15,089 bases of DNA, taken from NCBI GenBank assembly GCA_030141605.1, contig JAQGDQ010002098.1, positions 1 through 15,089 of the forward strand, in the 5' to 3' direction. Made by a program: the position numbers and the translations under genes. The DNA comes from Tubiluchus corallicola. Taxonomy: Eukaryota; Animalia; Priapulida. The notes under the pieces were generated by a model that worked only from the letters and a program-made list of their open reading frames with translations, was not told the DNA's origin and did not search any database. Shown here piece after piece: positions 8,396 through 15,089 of the stretch (position 1 is its first letter; each line of letters opens with the position of its first letter).

Positions 8396-8650
8396 ATTTC
8401 TGTTTTTTATTTAGTTTGACAACCTGAAACCTATTTTCTAGCAACAATCTGGCGTTTCTGCTTAATGTAGATATGTGGCAGTACCGACACCTTCTCATTG
8501 TCAATGATGATCATTTAGAAGAAACCGCTTAATGTGCACAGATGTTTTAGTCACGCTCGGGCGAGTACACAGTTCTCTCCCAGCGAAATAAAATAATTTT
8601 TCAAGCTATCTGTCATCCTATATGCATACCATATTATATATATTATATAG

Positions 8651-9494
8651 ACATGCTGCAATCAGCAGCTGCGTAGCAGAACCAAAGAAGATCTTTGGAG
8701 CACTAAAATCAGAATCAGAAGACTAAGATGGGTAAGACATTTAATGAGATTGCCAGAAACAATATCAGTAAGATTAGCATTAAACAGAACGAAAGAAGAT
8801 CATTTTAGCACTAAAATCAGAATCAGAAGACTAAGATGGGTAAGACATTTAATGAGATTGCATAGATATCTGTAACATTAGCATTAAACTGAGACCAGAG
8901 TGACATCATTGATCACTAAAATCAGACAGAAGACAGTGTGTAAGACATTTCATGAGATCGTGCAGAGATCACATAAGTAGATCGACTGCACGTCACTGAG
9001 AGCGTGACAGAGAGACAGTGGCTAGAAGCAAAATCTAGCCAGTTTATATAGGTAGAGAACTATGCAAAAACTTGGCTTCACATATCCCATTACAGTAAAA
9101 TAGGGGAGATCCAGTGAGTTTGCATATTCACTGGACCGAGCAATTGTACTAGGGGTGAGTTTAACTAGTAAAATGTTAAAGTAACTAATCAATAGATGGC
9201 AGCACCTAAAATATACAGTTACAACTTTCACATAGGTATTTAATGAGGTTGCCAGAAACAAAACCAGTAAGATTAACATTAAACGAGGCATTGCAAATTA
9301 CTAAACGACCTCCAGGCAAGACCAAAAACAACTTGGATATCAAGAATTTATAAAGATTTACAACAGCTGAAACCAAATGTAACAATAGCATCACAGGAGT
9401 TGAAAATTTTAGCTGCAGACAGGAAACAGTGAGGTGCTCTAATAAAAGATAGAGGTTCTGTGTCTACAATAGATGTTTGGAACAAAAGAAGAGG
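8651..9494 (+). mobile_element. Decayed RTE-clade LINE, 3' end of the RT ORF, interrupted and internally duplicated
   Basis: 8657 onward reads CNQQLRSRTKEDLWSTKIRIRRLRWVRHLMRLPETISVRLALN. 9237 onward reads YLMRLPETKPVRLTLNEALQITKRPPG, then after a +1 frameshift near 9318 RPKTTWISRIYKDLQQL...ILAADRKQ*GALI. This matches the RTE C-terminal signature RRLRWxGHxxR...KRxxGRPKxxW...DL...AxDRxxW. AAAAGAAGAGG tail-like end near 9484-9494. Confidence 0.85.
8678..8962 (+). repeat. 108-bp tandem repeat (~2.7 copies) derived from RTE coding sequence
   Basis: AGAAC.AAAGAAGATC...AGCACTAAAATCAGAATCAGAAGACTAAGATGGGTAAGACATTTAATGAGATTGC at 8678 and 8786; degenerate third copy from ~8890. Confidence 0.9.
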
Positions 9495-10883
9495 AATCAC
9501 CCCATGCTTTTATTGATTAGGTTCAGCACTGCTTAACTTCAGTTGCTAGGCACACGTCATGAGTGCTCATTTACGCCCATTTCTATTATAACATTGCTTT
9601 AAAAGTTTTTGCTCGTACGTTTGCTTAATGTAATGTAGCGATTGAAAAGAACCTCTAATGATCGTGTGACATCTAGAGGTAACTTAAGTGATTTCTTGAA
9701 TCATTCAGCGTTAACCATATTAACGCTGTCCCCCCCGGGGGGTTTCTCTTCCTGCGGAGCAAGAGGGTAGCTTTCCTCTGCAGCTTCCTCGGTCCTCATT
9801 CATCATTAGAACCTCGCCTTGACCGCTGACAGTGACGAAGTTGATGGAAGAAGTCACAGGTGTAATCAGAGCATAAGTCGGCAAAGTTAAAACTACGTTA
9901 TGATGCTTCAAACTAGAATGACCCAAAAATTTGGTCAAAAGTCAATTTTTCGTGTTTTGTAAAAACCAACGCTAAATATATCGGACTTTTATATTCTAGC
10001 ATCAAATTATCAAGAAAGTGTCCAAAAAACATTAATTTAAAATTTAATTTTATTACCCAATACCCAATTTTCTTCTAGGAACCAGTACTACAATTGCAAA
10101 AAACTTGTATTTTTAAGCTCCGATAGTAGCGTGTGGAAGCTCCAGGTTTTTTCTGTTGCTAAGCCCAGATTTTCGTCACGAAGAGCCATCTATTGGATTT
10201 CAAGTTAACTTCAACGTATTCTTGTAAAGTCCATAGCAACCAACCTTTCATGCGGTTGCTAAGTGTTTTGTAGAAACACAACAAAAAACAATGGCTGATT
10301 TTAACAGTGATTTTCTCAAGGTTACGTTTTTCAGTGTGCAGCCTGCACCTCAACTTCAATGTGGATTATCTCAGCTTAGAAATAACATAGAGTGATCAGC
10401 TCAGTATCAAAATGATCCTCATGAAACGGAGATTCAGGATTTGTGAATAACTAGAAAAGTTTAATAACCGATTTTGCTTTACAAACACGCTGTTATTTTT
10501 TTCATCTCTCAAGTCGAACATCGTTTCTCTTGCTCAAGGCGTCTAATTGAAAGTTCAAAAGCTAAAGAAACGAAATCGTTTGCGTCATTCGCGTGAACTT
10601 TCTTATTTATTCGCTTCTTAGCGCCTGACAACAGTAATATTTCCGTGTCACTATAATTATTTCAAAACTGAAATTGTACGTATGTCTTATTTTTTCTTGT
10701 ATTGTATGCATTTTTGGCACTATTAAATGAATAATTTTAATAATTTCTGCATTGTGACCAGAGCTACAAATAACTGGGACTTATAATAAAAGACAGTTTA
10801 TCTGTGCACCCTAATAAGCCTTCTCTTAATGTGCAAAGCAGTTCAATTCCTTTAACTTTATTTTCAAACACTTTGGTATTCAT

Positions 10884-11039
10884 TATTGTATCAATTTCTT
10901 TTCTACAGGTCTGCTTAATCATTACCTATTGGGTTTTTGTAAATACACAATTAGTGCATAAGTTACTGTATCAATTTCTTTACTGGTCTGTTTATTCATT
11001 ACCTATTTGGCTTTTGTTAATTACTTAATTAGTGCATAA
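10884..11039 (+). repeat. 80-bp tandem duplication (2 diverged copies)
   Basis: TGTATCAATTTCTT...GGTCTG.TTA.TCATTACCTATT.G...TTTGT.AA...AATTAGTGCATAA at 10887 and 10967. Confidence 0.88.
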
Positions 11040-11074
11040 TAGGCTCTGCCTATATATACTGATTGTATGTTTGT

Positions 11075-11152
11075 AAATTTATTACTGATAACAGCAGCTG
11101 GTCGAAACGTTTTACGTGATTTTAATTTTTTAAAGTAAAAGTTTTAGTAAAG
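11075..11152 (+). ncRNA. Degenerate type I hammerhead ribozyme motif (Penelope-associated), probably inactive
   Basis: CTGATAA (11085-11091; consensus CUGANGA) - CAGC A GCTG gtc - GAAAC (11104-11108), located just 3' of the Penelope ORF end. Confidence 0.5.
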
Positions 11153-11883
11153 TTTTGTTGGTTTTAACTATAAATAAATAAACATGTAATATATGTAAAT
11201 ATATCTTCCGATAAACAATTCGAAGCAACGTTTGACTCTCTGCATCCGTTGAAAACCTAAAGATGGTGAAATGGATACAAAACACCAGTTTAACGTGTTG
11301 ACCAAAAATGTCTTATTAACATTTAGTTTAATTTGCATTGAGTAAAAGAGAATTAGTTGCATGATTAAATGTATTTTTATAACAAAGAACTGATATAAAA
11401 ATTATAAAGACTATATTATATTGAAATTAATTAATAATAACTTACGTAGTTAACTATAACTTTAATAATAACTTACGTTGTTAGAGTCTCTAACAGTGAC
11501 AAAGACAGGAATGAGAACTCCAAGTAGCCTTAAGAACAACGACGTCACAACAATAAATTCGTAAGAAATTCACAGTCATAATGCCTAAGAAAATAGAGCA
11601 ATGGTGGAGAGAACCAAAAGACGGGTAAAATGTCATACAACTACTACAGCTGTAGCTCTCGAAAGGCCAAAATGCTGACATTGAAGGATATTAGGTGCTT
11701 CAATTTTAAAAGAGGGAGCTAAATACCTACTAAATAAACGAACAGGTGGCAGCACCGTGGCAGTACTTGAAAATAAATTGAAACCAAAAAAGGGTCTATG
11801 CACCCACTTACAGATGGGTTTACCAACCGGGCGCAAATGGTTGATGTAATTGGGTCGCCATTAAGGATTTTAGTCATAAACAT

Positions 11884-12360
11884 TAGTGGCGGCTCATGTA
11901 CAGGTACTGTGAAACTGCAGCATCACCTATTTTCACTTGATATTATCGATAATATTCAGTATAAGTCTTTTTTCTTTGGTGTTTTCTTTATACTTGTACA
12001 GAACCAAAGCACGTGAGGGTAGTCCTGTTTGCTTCACAGCCCAGCAGAGTGGCGTGTTTGGCTGTTGTACACATGTCTGAGCCCAAGGTAGAGAAAGTAC
12101 TGTCACTCACACAGTTTGTTGTCAGTTGTCACGTGCTTACCATGAATGGACCAAGCATGAACTGTGACAATTCAGGCTATTAGTAAGCAAAAAATATTTT
12201 TTATCAAGTTTATGTATAAACTTTCATCCGTTTATTTCTTCAAAAATACATTTGCTGCATTAAAATTACATATCTTTGCTTCGTTTTACACAATATTAAA
12301 ACAATGGCTAAAGATTTCTTGAAGCAGCACCCCACTAATTTTAGCTACAAGCCGCCATTC
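11884..12360 (-). mobile_element. Second, inverted copy of the hAT-type MITE
   Basis: Reverse complement of 7469-7993 with indels (e.g. CTGTTTGCTTCACAGC, GGTAGAGAAAGTACTGTC, AGGCTATTAGTAAGCAAAAAATATTTT). Termini TAGTGGCGGCTCAT / ACAAGCCGCCATTC. No recognisable TSD. Confidence 0.85.
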
Positions 12361-12785
12361 CACCATGTGCTGAGATGCAATGAGTTTTTTACACTAATCT
12401 ACGTGTTAGAGCTTTCGAGATTAAACCAAAACTTTTCATTATTTCGACAGCTAGCTGAGACCGCCCCTGTTCGACATGTTAGGGAAATTTTTTTCTGACA
12501 AAAAGTAACAAATATTGCGCCTATCTTTCGTTTTTGCTACACTAATTTATCAACTTTGCACAAATTTAGCGAAACGTAAAAGAATTTGAAACTAATTATA
12601 GGCACAGGAAAGGGAAGTCATTCATCGGAGGGAAAACAATTTTAACATGCGTGTTTTGAGCTTTCTTTAAGCAATTATATAAAAATAAAAAACTCGAGTT
12701 TTAGTTTAGTTATGCATATTTATAAATTGAATACGCATGATGCGTGAGGCATACACAACAGTATGTGCTGAAAGTGTTGGCTACG

Positions 12786-14730
12786 TGTAACCATGCAGTC
12801 CACCTACTTCAAGTGTGTAGTAACCATGCAGCCCACCTACTTCAAGTGTGTAGTAACCATGCAGTCCACCTACTTCAAATGTGTAGTAACCATGCAGTCC
12901 AGCTACTTCAAGTGTGTAGTAACCGTGCAGTCCACCTACTTCAAGTGTGTAGTAACCATGCAGTCCACCTACTTCAAGTGTGTAGTAACCATGCAGTCCA
13001 CCTACTTCAAGTGTGTAGTAACCATGCAGTCCACCTACTTCAAATGTGTAGCAACCATGCAGTCCACCTACTTCAAGTGTGTAGTAACCGTGCAGTCCAC
13101 CTACTTCAAATGTGTAGCAACCATGCAGTCCACCTACTTCAAGTGTGTAGTAACCATGCAGTCCACCTACTTCAATTGTGTAGTAACCATGCAGTCCACC
13201 TACTTCAAGTGTGTAGTAACCATGCAGTCCAGCTACTTCAAGTGTGTAGTAACCATGCAGCCCACCTACTTCAAGTGTGTAGTAACCATGCAGCCCACCT
13301 ACTTCAAGTGTGTAGTAACCATGCAGTCCACCTACTTCAAATGTGTAGTAACCATGCAGTCCACCTACTTCAAATGTGTAGTAACCATGCAGTCCAGCTA
13401 CTTCAAGTGTGTAGTAACCATGCAGTCCACCTACTTCAAGTGTGTAGTAACCATGCAGTCCACCTACTTCAAGTGTGTAGTAACCATGCAGTCCACCTAC
13501 TTCAAGTGTGTAGTAACCATGCAGTCCACCTACTTCAAGTGTGTAGTAACCATGCAGTCCAGCTACTTCAAGTGTGTAGTAACCATGCAGTCCACCTACT
13601 TCAAATGTGTAGTAACCATGCAGTCCACCTACTTCAAGTGTGTAGCAACCGTACAGTCCACCTACTTCAAATGTGTAGCAACCATGCAGTCCACCTACTT
13701 CAAGTGTGTAGTAACCATGCAGCCCACCTACTTCAATTGTGTAGTAACCATGCAGTCCACCTACTTCAAGTGTGTAGTAACCATGCAGTCCACCTACTTC
13801 AAGTGTGTAGTAACCATGCAGCCCACCTACTTCAATTGTGTAGTAACCATGCAGTCCACCTACTTCAAGTGTGTAGTAACCATGCAGTCCACCTACTTCA
13901 AGTGTGTAGCAACCATGCAGTCCACCTACTTCAAGTGTGTAGTAACCATGCAGCCCACCTACTTCAATTGTGTAGTAACCATGCAGTCCACCTACTTCAA
14001 GTGTGTAGTAACCATGCAGTCCACCTACTTCAAGTGTGTAGTAACCATGCAGCCCACCTACTTCAATTGTGTAGTAACCATGCAGTCCACCTACTTCAAG
14101 TGTGTAGTAACCATGCAGTCCACCTACTTCAAGTGTGTAGTAACCATGCAGCCCACCTACTTCAAATGTGTAGTAACCATGCAGCCCACCTACTTCAAAT
14201 GTGTAGTAACCATGCAGTCCACCTACTTCAAGTGTGTAGTAACCATGCAGTCCACCTACTTCAAGTGTGTAGTAACCATGCAGCCCACCTACTTCAATTG
14301 TGTAGTAACCATGCAGTCCACCTACTTCAAGTGTGTAGTAACCATGCAGTCCACCTACTTCAAGTGTGTAGTAACCATGCAGTCCAGCTACTTCAAGTGT
14401 GTAGTAACCATGCAGTCCACCTACTTCAAGTGTGTAGTAACCATGCAGTCCACCTACTTCAAGTGTGTAGTAACCATGCAGTCCACCTACTTCAAGTGTG
14501 TAGTAACCATGCAGTCCACCTACTTCACATGTGTAGCAACTATACCGCCCACCTACTTCAAATGTGTAGCAACCGTGCAGTCTACCTACTTCAAATGTGT
14601 AGCAACCGTGCAGTCTACCTACTTCAAATGTGTAGCAACTATACAGCCCACCTACTTCAAATGTGTAGCAACCGTGCAGTCTACCTACTTCAAATGTGTA
14701 GTAACCATGCAGTCCACCTACTTCAAATGT
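12786..14730 (+). repeat. 33-bp minisatellite, ~59 copies (GTGTGTAGTAACCATGCAGTCCACCTACTTCAA)
   Basis: Highly homogeneous tandem units; 11-aa periodicity in three overlapping ORFs. Confidence 0.98.
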
Positions 14731-14959
14731 TTTGCACCATACAGCTAAGCAGTTGTTGATCAATAACCCTCACACCATCGGCTCATAAAAGCGACAGGCT
14801 TTCACAGAGCTTAATTTTGATGAAAATTGATAAACTCGAGTCGACATGGTCTGGACGTAATAGCAAAAGTGATACGGCCTATTGAAATTGCACTAAATAA
14901 CAATGATGAAATCCAGTGATGCGAGAATAACCTTCAAAAGTGTCAAAAACGATGCCAAA

Positions 14960-15089
14960 TATTTATTTATTTATTTATTTGTTTGTTTGTTTGTTTGTTT
15001 GTTTGTTTGTTTGTTTGTTTGTTTGTGTTTGTTTATTTATTTATTTATTTATTTATTTATTTTATTTATTTATTTATTTTTATTTATTT
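14960..15089 (+). repeat. (TTTA)n(TTTG)n(TTTA)n microsatellite, runs off window end
   Basis: Direct reading. Confidence 0.97.

Larger units (their letters stand above)
10718..11155 (+). mobile_element. Penelope-like retroelement remnant (GIY-YIG endonuclease C-terminus plus 3' pseudo-LTR-like region)
   Basis: Reads H..MNNFNNFCIVTRATNNWDL, frameshift near 10783, then IIKDSLSVHPNKPSLNVQSSSIPLTLF. Resembles the Penelope terminus F.IL.....DLLIKESL.I....PSLN....SIPL.LF. Followed by AT-rich sequence and a hammerhead-like core. Confidence 0.75.

Noticed and set aside
8440-8532. Peptide SNNLAFLLNVDMWQYRH resembling the CACTA/EnSpm transposase NL..LNVDWFQP motif
   Set aside because: Short match lacking the WFQP core, and similarity does not extend in any frame; BLASTX of 8400-8620 would settle it.
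9900-10480. Possible MITE-like sequence
   Set aside because: Texture resembles non-autonomous DNA elements, but I found no TIR, TSD or second copy.
11431-11493. 17-bp duplication TTAATAATAACTTACGT and TTAGAG-T-CTCTAA palindrome
   Set aside because: Short and AT-rich; ordinary slippage or chance.
11490-11870. Purine-rich stretch suggesting a decayed ORF
   Set aside because: The + frame examined has about 8 stops in ~110 codons, near random expectation, and no recognisable motif.
12786-14730. CRISPR array
   Set aside because: Repeat length is CRISPR-like, but units are head-to-tail with no unique spacers, there are no cas genes, and the context is eukaryotic.
12744-14763. Three 650-670 aa ORFs (NHAVHLLQVCS, GGLHGYYTLEV, TMQSTYFKCVV repeats)
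   Set aside because: They follow from a 33-bp unit lacking stops in three frames; no signal peptide or unique domain, and the ORFs end at the array edges. The Gly/Tyr-rich structural-protein look is superficial.

Overview
AT-rich eukaryotic DNA, most likely an invertebrate animal. It reads as intronic sequence around one convincing internal coding exon (2621-2891, +, AG/GT bounded) of an SLC16/monocarboxylate-transporter-like MFS gene. The first 7 kb are a complex rearrangement: ~1.48 kb inverted arms (779-2259 / ~4594-6074) enclose the exon, and a >=0.78 kb direct repeat (1-783 / 6133-6927) sits outside them. That order fits the visible part of a DUP-TRP/INV-DUP structure with microhomology junctions. 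The rest is mostly transposon debris: two inverted copies of a hAT-type MITE (one with an 8-bp TSD), a decayed RTE-clade LINE 3' end with a tandemly amplified 108-bp segment, and a Penelope-like GIY-YIG 3' end followed by a degenerate hammerhead motif. There is also an orphan promoter-like motif cluster and many micro- and minisatellites, including a ~1.95 kb 33-bp array. All long ORFs in the track are repeat artefacts. Family assignments come from motif recognition by eye, not from database searches.
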